Positions 35,550-50,464 are shown, counted from the first letter of the stretch. The stretch: 64,000 bases of DNA from Lama glama (GCA_028534125.1 CM052817.1:14262001-14326000), one strand, 5' to 3'. The notes: generated from the sequence alone by a model not told the origin. Numbers and translations: made by a program.

Positions 35550-37479
35550 CAAAAAAACTTGCCAACCCTTTAGTTATAACACCTACCAAAGGGACCGAAC
35601 ATGGATCTAAAGCCATATGCATTTGGAAAGATGACTTCTATGAAGACACAATCCCATTCTTCCCCTGGTTTCTTTCTTCCAATCCTTCCCTTTCCTAAAT
35701 ATAAGAGTGATTATCAATTTCTTTATTAACACACAAACATACACAAACATGTAAATTACAAACACTGGATCTGAGAGTACAAAGATGAATCAGACAGAGT
35801 ACATGCCATCAAGAAACATTCTGTAAGGAAAGACAAGCATTTCCACAAACAATTAAAATGCAATGCTAAACCCAGTAAGAGATGTCAGAACAAATCTCTG
35901 AGGGAACTTGTGCCCGAGGTGGAAAATCCTGTCCCACAGTCTGAGGAGTAATTTACCTTGTGACAAGCCTTCCATTTTCAGTGACTAAAATTGGACTTGA
36001 TATGCTATTAATTTGAGAATCTGGTACCAAAAGGCTTGGACCATGCCATTGCCCAGATATTGGCAATATACAGTTACACAGAAAAGGAACCTCAGAATGG
36101 GATATTCTTCAGTGTCTTTATATCCTGTACTATATCGTGGGCAATTTTGCATGTTTGCTACTTTGTAATATTTACATAAGTGGTATGTCTTCTTCTTGGT
36201 CCTCCAAACAAGTTATAAGTCGGTGTCATTCTGTCAATCATCTGGGTGTAGAAGGGATGAAGGAAGTAGGTCTTCTCATCTCAGGACAGACCACGGCAGC
36301 TTTAGAACTCCATTCTTACATCTCCAGATTTCAGCTTCCTTTTTACTTTTCGCCTCTGAAGACTCCCTTGCATTCTTGCCAGCCCAGCAGTGCATTTGAA
36401 AAGCTACTCCACATGTGTTATCTAGTATTTTTAATTGTCTTGCAGTAGAGGTTCTTTATGGAACAGAGTCTAAAAAGCTTCCCTTCTCTACTCAGTTTGA
36501 ACAAGAATTTGCATTAAAGATAATCTCTAGAGCACAAATCTGTGACAGCTGAGCTTCGACAAAACTCCTGAGCCTTCTCTAATCTCTCAACTAGAAATGA
36601 GTTGCTTCCCCCTGAAAGTGTTCATTCTCCTAGCTCATTAATAAAATTATGTATCAATGATGAGATTATTTAAACTAGGAGATTTACTATATTAATTTTA
36701 GACCACTAGGAATTTTGGCTATGCTATGTCTGTAACTGACAACTCTTATTGTTGGTTTTAATGTTTTCAACTAAAGATTTGCTATAATGCATTTCTTATA
36801 TATAATCTTCCCTTTAGATTTATATTTGGTTTAAGAATGTTTAGCAAAAGGGCCTTTACCATCATTTTCTTTCCTTCACTGGCCAAAGCAAGGATTACAA
36901 CATTAACCAGATTAGATCAATTAAATACTATGAAGTTACCATTTCTAAAGAAAACACACACACATAAACAAAGAAAACACACACATACAAACAAATAAAA
37001 CAGAGATTTTTCAAGGCAAAATACTTTCAAATAAAGCAGAAATTGACAATCAAAAGAAGTAAATGAATTATTGGCCCTAAGCCAACAACCCACTCCCCAA
37101 ATACAGGCATTCTCTGTTTTCAATGAATGGTTTTTACTTTCATTATTGTTCACATAATGATCTAAAAATAAATAAATAAGTAAACCAGTAATAAAGCAGG
37201 GCCTAGAGGAATTGAAGGAAAAATTCAATACTGTTTACTTTAATATAGAACTCCTCATACAAATCTTTCCCAAAATAAATTACAGACAGAGCTGAACACA
37301 ATATACTCCCAAACATTACATGCACATTGTGATGGAGGACATAAACTCTCCTTGATGCCTCAGGTAATCAAGCATTACACAGCTTCTAAAAGGAATTCCA
37401 GCAATAACATTTGCCAACATTTCTCCTAAGAAACCTCTCCTGCTTTCTTTAGTCCACCTGGGGCAACCCCTTCATTGCA

Positions 37480-37680
37480 TTCATTCTCTGAAATAGTTAC
37501 TTGGCAAAGCAGTGTGCGAGATTCTTTCAAAGACACCCTCTCACTGATTTCTCAGAAAAACCCAGAGAAGTGTTATGTCCATTTTATGGGAAGCCGAGGT
37601 GCAGAGAAGTTTATGCATTTTCCTCAGATGATCTAACTAGTAAGTGGAGAAGACTATATTCTAACACAGATTTTTGCAAC
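37480..37680 (-). mobile_element. MIR SINE
   Basis: TATGTCCATTTTATGGGAAGCCGAGGTGCAGAGAAGTT...AACTAGTAAGTGGAGAAG. Confidence 0.7.
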
Positions 37681-39469
37681 TTCACTTTTACCGTTACATT
37701 GATAATAGAAAGTATTCTGACATGCAAAATCTAGTTTTAACTTATTAAAAAATAAATATATGTAATCGAGGTTTAAAAAAAAGGAAACCTCTAAAGTCGG
37801 TAGATAAACGTGCAGTGAGTGGTAGGTACATAATAGCAAGGAGTAGGGAAGAGCAAGTTTGTAAGTGAACTGGAAGATGAGGCCAGTGACCACCTGCTAT
37901 TTCCCGAAAGCGCTTTTTATTTTGTGTCTGGGGTAAGAGAGGGAAGGCGCAGGACATTAGGTGAGTGGCTACAGAAACTGTGCAATGAAATGATGAAGCT
38001 CCTAGGAAGAGACATGTGGCCAGAGTGATAAAGCACATCTGTCTGGAACACCTCTGGAGAGTGGGGACAACTGGCACAGGAAGGGTGGTGTTCTGCAGCT
38101 GTGCGACACGAGGATGCAGACGCTGGCCTGGGGAGCAGAGCCCTCACAGACACACTTGTGACGAGACACCGCTCTTAACAGCTATACAGAGACATCAGGA
38201 AAAAAAGGGGAGGTGGGGAGAAAAGAGAACACAAACAGAATTCAAGACACTAAAAAGCGTATTTCAGGTGGAGTGGGCGGAGTACAAAAGAGGCCATAGC
38301 CCTGAATTTTTCATGGGGGAGAGAATGTTTAGTTAAGTGGGAATTGATTTTACTCTAATTTTTTGTAATTCCACGCTACTAAGACCTAAGGATATCTATT
38401 TATGTTACAAATCAAAATGACAGCATTTGTCCACTGTGTCCAAAATGCCAAAACCTATGACTTTCTTCATTAATAAATATTTCTTTTTTCAATGTTTTAG
38501 CGTTTACTGTGACTAGTATTTATTATCTGGGATATTTAGTATTTAACATAGTTTTACATGTCTTACCCCATTTATTTTTTTGAAAGTGTTAGACAAGCGG
38601 TGGTATTACTCTCATTTTATAAGAAACTGAGGTTGAGAGTCTATCGCTGCCTCCCTAATGGTGCCCATCAGACTGGAGGACATCTTTTTTTGGTTTTGCT
38701 TTCCCAAATAAAGGTTAATACCTATGAGGTAGTCAGGATATATAATTTTTAATCCCATAGTCTCAATAAAATAAAGGCAAAGAAACAATAAATTATTTAA
38801 AGAAACATACATAAAGATAGAAACAGAACTGAGACTAAAACTAGGTTTTCTGACTCCTCAACCATACTCTGCAGTATAAAACAATCATTCATTGTTATTT
38901 ATCTTCAACTTCTAGCAGAGGACATGGGAATTAATCACTCTGAAAATGTTTCTGAATGAAGATACAAGTTGAATGGATAAATGAAAGGATGACTCATTAA
39001 TTTAAAAAAAATTAGAGACCCAATTCTAATGAAATCTAAGAGAAAGAGATGATTTTTGTACATACAATTGCATTTCCTCAACCTCATTCTCCTCTCTCCA
39101 ACCTCCACCCTCACCTCTACTTCCAGAATAATAACCCATTCCTGTTCAGGGGAATTTGAGAGAGTTAGATTTTAAATGACTGACCTTAGAATTAAAATTT
39201 AAAAAAAGCTTTAAACGTGATTGATTATCACAACATGATGCTATATTTCAAGACAGCATCTCTGTTTGCTGCACTCCAATCCATGAATCTGTTTGGAAAT
39301 TCTCCTAGCTCCATGTCTTCCCCTTGATTTCATTTTATAATACAAAGAAGGGTTGAAAGTAAAAGGAAGAAAGACCTGCTCCAGAAGGCAGAGGATGTGA
39401 GTTGTAGCTATGATATTTAGTAGTTTATGACATTAGTAAAGTCAATAAATGCAGCATTCATCAAGCCAA

Positions 39470-40140
39470 TAACAGACACCGCACCATCTCTTTAGTTGCC
39501 CAGGCCAGGATACCTCCCTCTCCCTCACAGCACCCTGCCCCGAACCCACGACCCAGTGCTATTTCGTTTAACAGGAAAGTTCATCCAAAACAAGTCTACA
39601 TCTCTCCACCTTTACCTCCTCTGTCATAAGCCACACTTTCTTTATTTCTTACTTGAAGAAGCCTCCTAACCAGTTTCCCTGCATCCACTGTGAATTCTCA
39701 CCAATGTCTTCTTCAGACAACATCCAAACATGTTTGCACAATCACTAACATCATTATCCTCCTCAGGACCCTTCAATGGTTTTCTTTGGAAGAAAGGCCT
39801 AAATACTCAACACAAAACCTCTAAGCACGCCCCGCCGACTCCTCCAGGCTGTCTGTTCCTACTAGTCTTCGCCCAGGTCTCAAGTTCTTGCCTGGGACCC
39901 TTCACACCTGCCCCTTATTATCCTTCTCACCTCTCAGCCCAAGGGACATTTCCTCGGTGAAGCTTCCAGACCCCTGCTGCACATCCAGCCAAATTCCTTT
40001 TTGCAAAGCATCAATTTCATCGGCAATTATCCACTAATTAGCAAACTGCTATTAATGTCTGTCTCACTGACAAGAATGAAAACTCCGTATGAGCTGAGAC
40101 AACACCTGTTTTACCTCCAGCACTGATGCCAGTGCCCACC
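39470..40140 (+). mobile_element. L2 LINE (tail resumes ~40740-40810 after the nested LTR)
   Basis: CACCATCTCTTTAGTTGCCCAGGCCAG...GAAGCCTCCTAACCAGTTTCCCTGCATCCAC...CCCTTCAATGGTTTTC...TGTCTGTCTCACTGACAAGAATGAAAACTCCGT. Confidence 0.8.
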
Positions 40141-40149
40141 CACCCCCAG

Positions 40150-40720
40150 CCAACGACCCCGAGGGGTGGATCAGTGCCTGGCGAAGTCAGACTGAGTGGC
40201 TCACTGCAGGGAAAGAGACAGCGACCATGTGGAACCCTGGGTGTGGGCGTCCCTGGAGAGGGTGATACGCGCAGCTCGTTATAAAATTTGGGTTTGTGTT
40301 GGGTGATCTGTGGAAGGATCAAGAAAAGGTGATTTTGCTCTGGATTGGGTGCTGTTAGAAAGTAAGGGCAATTCGATGGCTGGATATGCGAACTGTTTTT
40401 ATTTAGGAGGCAAGAGTGGCAATTTGGAAGTTAAAGCTGTAACTGGTAAAGAAACACCATAAAGAAACACCAGTGTCCCATTAGCTGGGAGACAGGTATG
40501 CTTGGCCATTTTTGTGCTTTGGGTTGTGCTATTTTATTTTGTCATCAGACATGATCATGGAGTGGTCTTGTTTTTGACTCACTCCATCATGATCACACAA
40601 TGACTTTGTGTGATGTAGGTACTTTGTGAAATTGGGGCTGCGTGCTCAACGGGTAAACGTCATCAACTTGTTACAGCCAGACTAGCTCAGCCGACAGGAG
40701 TGGGATTATTTTGTTTTCTG
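40150..40720 (-). mobile_element. Ancient ERV1 LTR (MER90-like) nested in L2
   Basis: TTGCTCTGGATTGGGTGCTGTTAGAAAG...TAAAGCTGTAACTGGTAAAGAA...CAGACATGATCATGGAGTGGTCTTGTTTTTG; subfamily name from memory. Confidence 0.6.
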
Positions 40721-41439
40721 TTTTTTTTTTAAATTCTAATAACTGACACTGTGGTTTGGATGTAGAAGTTGCTCAACAAGTAAGTGCTGAAAAAATAAAT
40801 GAATAAATTCAGGCTTTCTGAACTTCAATAGTCTCACATTTTGGGGAATAATATTTCACTGGCCAAAAACAGACAAGAGGATAACTTTAGCCTCCTGCCA
40901 CTTTAAAAACCTATGACTCTAAAGACTTTCAAAATTTATTTTCATATCCCTATGACAACATTTGTAAAAGCACCCAGGTTTTATAGGAAAAGAAGCTAAA
41001 TAATAGAATTTTATGACTTGCTAAAGACTTTATTATCTCTACCACAGTAGCACTTACTTTGCTTATCACAAATATTAAGTGACTATTATTTTGTTAAATT
41101 TTTTTCAAGATTAAAACTTCAAATTTCTTTTTTTAATAATTGAACTATAGAGCACTTACTTTCTTAAACATGTCATTTCATTCTTGCCCATTCTAGCTCC
41201 ATTCCATACACAAGTAAGCAATAAACTGAAAACTGAACTGCAGAAACCGAAGAACAGATTTAGAATTTTCACCTGAATAAAGAGGAAGGAATATAATTTA
41301 ATGGAGAAGACAAAAGGCACAAATTTAAAATGTTGTTTCACTGGCCTTAATCTCTGGTAGAGATGAAAATCTCACTGTGAGGGCCTCCCACAGTGGTACG
41401 GTGGGCTGAGGAAGGAGGAGAGGCCGAGGCCTTCTGAAC

Positions 41440-41550
41440 TTTCACGTGTCTTAATGGTTACAGTACTAACCGTTCGAATAATACATTCTTACAATGGGTG
41501 GATTTTCTGGTATGTAAATTATAGCTCAATAAATCTGTTAAAAAAACAAA
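41440..41550 (+). mobile_element. Old L1M extreme 3' end
   Basis: ATGGGTGGATTTTCTGGTATGTAAATTATAGCTCAATAAATCTGTTAAAAAA. Confidence 0.75.
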
Positions 41551-41621
41551 ACCACTCTAGATTTGTGGTTTACCTAACTTGGGTCCAAAGTTTTTCACCC
41601 TTTTCCCTGTAGTGTCACTCT

Positions 41622-42156
<535 letters not shown>

Positions 42157-42339
42157 TATAGTGTCACCCTTTAAAAAAAAACCTTTCATCCAGAACTTCT
42201 CTCTACTATCTGCCACCACAAAGCTTCCCCTTTTAGGGAGGTGTTTTGAGGAATATGGGAAGCAGAAAAACTCCTCCTTCCAGCCACACTGGATCCCAAG
42301 CCCTGAATGGTTAGCAAGCAAATCCCACCCCGGCCACCA

Positions 42340-42550
42340 AGACGTTGGACTTGGTGTCCATAGGCCCTGGGCTTGAATCCCAGCTCGAGAACTTCCCAGC
42401 TGAGCTGACAACTCACGGTCTTTAATACTCACCTATAAAATAACAGTGGTATCACCACTTCCTACGATGGTTTGAGCTTATGCTCAGTACACATACAGGA
42501 CATGACGCAGGGCGTGGCACTTACCAAGCCCTCCATAACTGGCAGCTTCA
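42340..42550 (+). mobile_element. MIR SINE
   Basis: GGACTTGGTGTCCATAGGCCCTGGGCTTGAATCCCAGCTC...CTCACCTATAAAATAAC...GTGGCACTTACCAAGCCCTCCATAA. Confidence 0.75.
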
Positions 42551-45500
42551 GTACTAAGAATTAAGCATGAAGAAATGAATGTGTTGAGAAGGTAGGTTAT
42601 TAATGGGGCTGTTTTTCCTCCAGTGAGTTCTTCTTTTGTGCCAGATATATCAAGCTGTACCTGTTTTCTTCTGACATATAGAAGAGGAAATAAGAGACCA
42701 AGTTGGCCAGGAAAAAAGCATAGCAGAAAAGAATTTTGCCCTGTTCTTCTTATGCCTAAATGTTACCAAAGTCTTACACTTTGGCCTCTTTCAAATGAAG
42801 CTGCAACAGAGGCTGCAGGTGGATATTTTCTTAGGCAGGACCCCACAAAAGTCGGGGTGGCAAAACAAAATACCGATACTGCATCGTGAAACATCAGGGT
42901 GCTAAGTGGAGCTTTTTCAATTTTATTCAGTACAGTATAGCATCTCACACAGTACTTCCTTCACTGTTTCCCTAAAAAAATTCTGTGTTCTTTCAGTTTG
43001 CCAGTAACAATTTTGTATTTCTCTGAAAGTTTCAATAATGGTATGTAGATATTATATTAATGTTACTTACATGCTCAGAAGTACAGAAAAGTGAGGAAAT
43101 TGTACTTAAAATGTGTCCCCAGAGCCAGCACCAACTGCTTTTACATAGAAGAATCTCTTTAAAATACATACAAATGATGAAGATGATCAGTTAATGTTTA
43201 TCTGAGTTATATTCATTTGATAAATATGTACGGACCACCTTCATCTCAGGTACCCTGTTCAGCACTGAGGACACAGCTGTGAATAAATGCACAATAGTAC
43301 TTTCCCTCTAGAAGTTCATGACCATTTAGACATTAAACAACTAATTATTTTTTAAAAATCAGAATTTGAAACTGAAAGGAAGAACACATGAGAGGTATAA
43401 AATACACTGGGCTATGGCTTTTTATTTAACAGAGAGGAATAGGAAACTATAGATATGAAAAGACCAGTGTTTGTCCTGAAACAGAAAACCTACACATCTC
43501 CATGACATTTACACTCACCTGACACTGTGTGTGTTACCAGCTATCTGGCCACCTGAAACGGGAGTCCATGAGAGGGACGAGGAGCTGCTCTTTCCAGGGC
43601 AGCTTGCCATGCACATCAATAAATCACATTAAGATCACCTATATAATTAGCACAGCTGGATGATTACTAATTAATTTATCAACATCTTATTCTTTCTAGC
43701 AATACAGAGGAGATTCCCAGAAATTATGCTAAGAAACCATGGCTTCAGGTTGATGAGAACATTAAATAATAGCTCATGTCATTACTATATATGCACCAGT
43801 GTTCCTCCACTGGCCAACTGGTATTAAATTCTCCATTATTCAGTGGTCCACTTAATGAGACAAACTTTCTGACTTTCCTAATCCTCATTATACACACAAC
43901 AAGTTGCATCCATGAACTGCTGCTCACTGAAATAAACACTGGCTCCAGGGGTATCTTCAATCAAGGACAACGATGGCAGATTGGAGTCTTGGTTCAGCAC
44001 TGTTTCTGTAACTAAGTTATCTGCATGCAGAACTTTACATAAAATTTAGGAACAAAACTGGAAGGATAAAACATTATATTGCCCTGGAAGATAGGTTTAG
44101 ATTGCATATGATTGTCCAGAATGTTTGGCAAAATAAAAATTGTAATTTAGTCACAATGAAAATTCTCCCACCTAGAATTCTGGCACATACACAACACGGA
44201 GTAGAATGAATGGTAATCAGCGGTTTCAGAATCTCAGGTATAGTTTTGATGTTGTCGTGCCCCAGCATGGAACAGGACTTGCCTTCATCACTCATCTTCC
44301 CTAGGTCATAAGACAGCTAAAATATGAAATGAATGGCTAGTCTTAAACAATCTTTCAGGTCCATTTGAATGAAAATATTCAAATTTTGGAATTCCCTCTA
44401 GAGTCTATTCTCTTTCATGTCTCTCTCATGAATATAGTTCCATTAGCTCTAAATCTGTAATTTCCGGGGTGGTTCTGCCTAAAATTTGGGGATGACCTGT
44501 CTTGTACTCTACCCTGGAAGAACAAAGGGACCACAAAAGCTCTGCCAGAATTTCTCAAGGGAAGAGCTACTCCCAAAAGAAACTAAGAGAATTCCTGACA
44601 CACAGCGCTAGGCTTCACAGCTCAAAGATTTTAAGAACTCTGTTTCCTCAATGAACCAATAGGTCCAGAATAAACCCTGGATATGAGTTCACCTAACAGA
44701 GTTTGAGCTGTAAAGATGATAGGCCAATAGTTAGGCCCATGTCTTCCCAAATAGAGGAAATAAACTCCATTATACTTCAAACACTGAGCAACAAGAAACC
44801 CTTGAGTACAACACATTCAGAAAGTTATGATCATGGCAAACGGGGAAGGGAAGTGAAGATTCCGCCATTTTCCAATACCAACAGTGGGCATTTAAATACA
44901 TTTTTGTAGCCGCAACATACTCCATTCCCGTTTTGCTTTTGCCACATGAGACAAGGCAGGGGAACAGGGACGAAGAAGTATTAGCACTGCTTCTATTAGT
45001 CAGAGAAGGATATTTATCACATGCCTAACCTTAGCCCTCTGATTCAAAAATATGCAGACAAAAGTAACACAGAATACAGAATAAGAGAATTGGGGATTCC
45101 TTTAATGAACAGCAACACATTTCAGATTTATAATACTTTAAAAACCTAAGTTCCAACATGCCATTTAATCCTGCACAGATAAGCTGCCTCGGTCTCCGAA
45201 GTTAGAGAAAGATGGTAAAGAGTGAAACCCAGCACCTGATCACTGCATGAATCGTCCTACCGACAACTCACCATGGGGTATGTCCGTGGTACTCTGTAAG
45301 GCACTGGGTGGAATAGTGAAGGAAACTTTTTTAGACTTTAATGAAACCACAGCTCATGTTTTAAAGAAAGCTTCTAAATGAATGAATGAGATGGATAAGA
45401 TGATGCTCTCCAAGGGTTTTCTATAAAACTCTCCCTCTTGTGATCCTGCTTTAGGACTTGTGCAGTCACACCCACAGCAAAACCCAGGAGAAGTGGGCAG

Positions 45501-46779
45501 GATTCACTGGGCCGTTGGCTCATGTGGGGATGGAAGCTACTAGACTGGAACACTAGATTCCAAAAGAAAAGCTGCAGGAAGAAGAGCTAAAGCGACCTTG
45601 GGGACAGGTCTGTTTTTCCCCTTTTCCTTCAGCTAAGACTGAATAAAAGGAGTACATATGATGTGACCCAGGCGTCTGTGACATGGCCAGATAAGGATAC
45701 GATAAGCACGATGCTTGGAGGAATTTTAAATAGGCACATTTAGAGATGTCCTGATATTGCTGTGAAATGTGTCTCAACTGACATAATCAAGGCCTCAGGG
45801 GGAGCCCCTGTCCTGGTTGTAAACGAGACAAAAAGGCAATTAATGGTGGCAACTGGTCAGAAATTCTTAATGTCCATAAATGCTCTTAGTGTTTGATAAG
45901 AGTTATATCAACTTTTCAGTTAAGTAATCATGAATTAAATTAATCTTAAGTACTTGTAAGCGATGATATGCTGAATAAAATGTACACTGTTTGGCTCAAC
46001 AAAATAAATATCCACATGTTATGTACCCCTCCAAATCGGTATATTCATAATAACGAAACTGGGGCCTTCTTGGTAGCTATGCTTAGCATAGATGTTATGC
46101 AGCTTTAACAGATTCAAAATCATTCTTATTCCTTTGCCTTTTTCTAAGAAAAAACAAGAATGCATCTATGCCTCTAGTTCCAGAGAAAGAGAAATCGACT
46201 TTTACATTACCCCACTCTCTTGTTTCTTAATTTTTCCCTTCAAGATGAGTACTGTTAACTGATCAGTCTTCTAAGAGTCCAGGAAAATAACCATTGTATC
46301 AATAATGAATACTGACTTTTTTTATAATACTCTCTCGAAAAAGATATAATGGTGGGAATTAAGAACAGATATCTGAAGTGATATCCCAGATACTGCAGAG
46401 AATGCAAAGAAATAATACAAGGTCCCTGTACTCAAGGGACTTATATCCGCTCAGAAAACAAGACAAATAATGAGAAATTAAACAACACTATAAGATAACA
46501 TCACGAGCTACCAGCTGTCAACAGGTTAGACTTGGGATTAAATACCAAGATCCTGTAAGAGTTGTTTACATAAACACTGTACTTGGAGAAAATTCATCTC
46601 AGCCCACAAACCCAAATTGCGAAAAAAATTCAACTTCTTTATTTGCTTAAAATCAATACAAACCCAATTTTGTGCTAACATCATACCTTGTGATGGAAAA
46701 TTAACCACCAGGTCCTAGAAAGATCTCAGGCTCCTACGTAATGTTGAAGAACTGAGTACCCTCCGCCCTTGCCCACTTG

Positions 46780-46980
46780 AGTAAGGCCATGGAGAAGAGC
46801 AGACAGAGTAGGCAAACTCTCTCAAGTCTCTTCTTGTAAAGTCACCGAGCCTCTCATGAAGACTCCACCCTCAAGACCTAATTACCTCCCAAAGGCCCCA
46901 TCTCCAAATACCTTCACGTTGGAGGTTCAGGTTCCAACATACGGATTTTGGAGGGACACAAAGATTTTCAGCCCATAGCA
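46780..46980 (-). mobile_element. MaLR LTR fragment, MLT1A0-like
   Basis: CTCCACCCTCAAGACCTAATTACCTCCCAAAGGCCCCATCTCCAAATACC...GATTTTGGAGGGACACAAA...CAGCCCATAGCA. Confidence 0.9.
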
Positions 46981-47459
46981 TCACCTAGAGAAATACTTTC
47001 AAGAAATCTACCCAGCAGTCACAAACTATGAAACTTAAAGTATAGCAGTTCAAGGACACATATCCAGTTAAGTTCTCTTACGATTCTGTACCAATAATAA
47101 CCAATAATAAATAAATAGAGAGTACTAAGGAGAGAAACAAGTAGACTAACACAAATATATAATTTTCCTTGCATATGAAAACCCTTTAAAATAAATAAGA
47201 GCTACATTTCCAACATGTAAAAATTACCACTAGAGCATATGCATATGCTATAATGAATTAAATGCAGTAAAGTATAATTCAAGGAGGGAATGCCCCCTTC
47301 AGACACTTATTTATCCTTCACTTTATGAACAATCAATGCAGAGATGGAAATGCGCCCTGAAACGCTTTCATGAATCACTTTTGCTGGTTTCTGTATAAAG
47401 GTAGAATCATTCACATCCTAGATCTGAGTCACCATTGAATGAAATATAATACTAAAAAT

Positions 47460-47610
47460 AATTTCCAAATGTATTGAGTGCCTCTCATATGCCAGACCTA
47501 GTGCTATATGCTTTATACACATTTCACATAACAGCCAGAAAATTCTTCTCTGTCAGCATATTTATTTCATCTTTACAGGTGAGAAAAGCAAGGCTCAGAG
47601 AAAATAAGCC
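47460..47610 (-). mobile_element. MIR SINE
   Basis: TATTGAGTGCCTCTCATATGCCAGACCTAGTGCTATATGCTTTATAC...TTTACAGGTGAGAAAGCAAGGCTCAGAGA. Confidence 0.8.
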
Positions 47611-48254
47611 AGGTTTTCAAGGAAATCATAGATTTATAATTCACATCTTCCTACTCTAACCTTTTCTGGTCTAAGACTCTATGAAATGCCATGGATCCTT
47701 AATCTAAAGGATACTTAGGCAGAAATCTAACCAAAAAGTTTAGTAAAATCTAATATATTCTCCAGGCATCAATGGAGCTGACTGAAACCAAAGAAAGCAA
47801 AAGAATAAAGAGGGGCCTTTTCAGGTTGATGTAGCTCCAAGGAGAGGTGGAAACTGAGGCACCATTTATCTAAACTTCATAAATCCTATCACCACCTTCA
47901 AACTAAGAGCACATGTAATGTCTCCTCCAGGCATATGCTGCCCTTAGTGACTGCCTCAATGTTCAGTCCCACAGGATACGATGTTCTGCCCCAGCAAACT
48001 ATTAAATGTCCAGAGACTCTTAAAATTGACATGGAACTTGTTTCCATAAAACTAGGGAGTGAATTCCAGCTCTACCAAAGTGACTTGTGCAAACTTTGGC
48101 CGTCATGTATTCTTTCTTAAATCCATTTTTCACTAACTCTATAGAGTTTCAGGGAATCGGATAATATAAGCAAATGTACTAGGTAAACTACAAAGCATTA
48201 TACAAATTATACATGTGATTAATTCATTTAATCATTCATAAGAAATCCTATAGT

Positions 48255-48545
48255 CACAGTGTACAATGGATTAAGAGTGTAGAGTCTAGAACCATCTGCT
48301 AATTGACTCTAGTCTCAAGCACTTAACTAGCTATATGATCTTGGGAAAGTTGTTTTATGTATTGATGCTTTAATCTCCTTATCTGTAAAAATGGAGAGAG
48401 TAAAAGATTTTTGAGAATAAAACATGCAATGTTAAGTGATGATAAAAATGTAAAATGGGGAAAACAATAAGGCTAGTTGTCAGGAATAAATATGTTAATA
48501 AACGTAAAACTCTTTGTAATGGTATAAAATGACACGTCACTGTTA
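48255..48545 (+). mobile_element. MIR SINE
   Basis: CACTTAACTAGCTATATGATCTTGGGAAAGTTG...TCCTTATCTGTAAAATGGAGA. Confidence 0.75.
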
Positions 48546-49105
48546 CTGAAATCATTGCCACTACCAGCGCCATCATCACCAATGCCATCGTAGGTAAACA
48601 TCAGGAAAGCTCTAACAGTTCTTTAAGTGATAGAACATTCAGAGCTTTCAAATATGGTTAAAACAAACACACAAACAAACACCTGACAGCTAGCCTTAAC
48701 AAACATAGCTTAATCACTTTCTGAGGATACGCAGACAGACAGTTACAAGTATGCATTGAGATAGAAAAAAATGGCTATTTTATCGTTTTTATCATTTGAT
48801 AAAAGCTGGATGCAAGTGATGTTTATAAAGCTAGTCTCCATCCTCATGAAAGTGCTGCTTATGAAAATATTATTTTAAATGAAATTTAACTGAAAAACAA
48901 GAGTTCATGAAGTCTCTTATTCAGATCTCTCCAAACCAACACATTATCTTCCCTCCACTGAAGAGCTTTAGGCCATCTGTCCCATCTAGGCTACCAGCTG
49001 GTATGGTCTCCAGAAATATCTCCTCAACTGTAGTTACTAATTAGGTTTTTCCATAAGAACAAATTGTAGATTAGCTGTATTTACAAATAAAAAATTTTAA
49101 ATCCA

Positions 49106-49657
49106 TTTCTTTCATCAGTGTCTTATAGTTTACAAAGTACTGGTCTTTTGTCTCCCTGAGTAGGCTTATTCTTTTTGATGAGATGGTAAATGAGATCGCT
49201 TCCTTAATTTCTCTGACAGTTCATTGTTAGTGTATAGAAATGCAACAGGTTTCTGTATATTAACTTTGCATCCTATCACTTCACCAAATTCATTAGTGTG
49301 CTCTAGGAGTTTTCTGGTGGCGTCCTTAGGATTTCCTATGTATAGTATCATGTCATCTGCAAACAGTGGCAGTCTTACTTCTTCCTTTCCAATTTGGATT
49401 CCTTTTGTTTCTTTTTCTTCTCTGATTTCTGTGCCTAGGACTTTCAAAACTACATTAAATAAAAGTGGTGTGAGTGGGCATCCTTGTCTTGTTCCTGATC
49501 TTAGAGGGAATGCTTCAGCTTCCCATCATTGAGTGTGATGTTAGCTGTGGGTTTGCCATATATGGTCTCTGTTATGTTAAGGTATGTTCCCTCCATGCTC
49601 CTTTCTGGAGAGTATTTGTCATAAATGAACACTGAATTTTATCAAAAGTTCTTTCTG
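49106..49657 (-). mobile_element. Internal L1 ORF2 reverse-transcriptase fragment with no 3' end or poly(A)
   Basis: Translates to [42 protein letters not shown] (RT F/YADD motif); flanked by candidate TSD TTTAAATCCA / TTTAAATACA. Confidence 0.95.
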
Positions 49658-50464
49658 TTTAAATACAGTTTTGTCTTTGTAGCAGGTGACTTGATTTCAT
49701 TAATGAAGAAGACTCTCACAGGCAGGTCCTTTGGGAGGTTGAAATGTTCCTACTATCAAAGCTATTGCTGGTGGGAACAATGTGACACTTTTGTTCTCAT
49801 CCATAATCAAATATAAAATTATGATGTCATTTAGGAGTGCTTGTAACAGAAACCAATTGTGGGTTCAGAAGAAGTTAACAATGAAATCACCATTTGGACG
49901 GACACTACAAAAATGAACTGTAACACAGTGTGTATGAGGATGTTACACAAAGCACCAACCATGCAGTTAATTATTTCTAGCTAGTAGTGACCACAGCTCT
50001 GAACATCCAGAGACATTTGATTAAACCTTAGTAACTGAACAGCTAAGCTATAATACAATTCATCTTTGAAAGGGAACAGTCAAAAAGAAGAGGAGGCAAA
50101 TAAGAAACCAAAAAGGTGACAGACCCACTCTCCCCCCAGATAAAATGTCTATCGAAAGGCTTAGGCTGAAGAGAAGTCATCAGAGCCAAGTCAAAGAGCT
50201 CTCAACTTCCAGGGGTCCTTAGAGTATGCTGATCACATCTCCTCCATGACACGCCCTCCTACCCTGTCTTCCAGTACACATCCCTTCTTCGTTCTCTCCT
50301 TGACCTCAGCCTGGGAAGTCCATTATTATTTTCTCATCCTGCTGCCACCCTCTCTATGTAGAGTTTCTTGTGAGGAACCCATCTGCCTGCCTGCTCTATG
50401 TATATCCTATCCCTTTAATTATTACCTGATCTCCAAGCTTCCATCAGGAGCACTTTTTGCTCGA

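Noticed and set aside
35019..35622. 177-aa and 197-aa ORFs
   Set aside because: Artefacts of translating the N gap
43519..43552. 34-nt minus-strand exon candidate (TTTCAG ... CAG|GTGAGT)
   Set aside because: Surrounding sequence resembles a degraded L2 3' end; no coding support, likely a pseudo-exon
45272..45293. 22-nt minus-strand micro-exon candidate (CCTTACAG ... ATG|GTGAGT)
   Set aside because: Overlaps L2-like sequence (CTCTGTAAGGCACTGGG); too short to support without expression data
49166..49447. Reverse-transcriptase ORF as a novel or domesticated RT gene
   Set aside because: Ordinary L1 ORF2 fragment that shifts frame at its 3' end and lacks the rest of the domain
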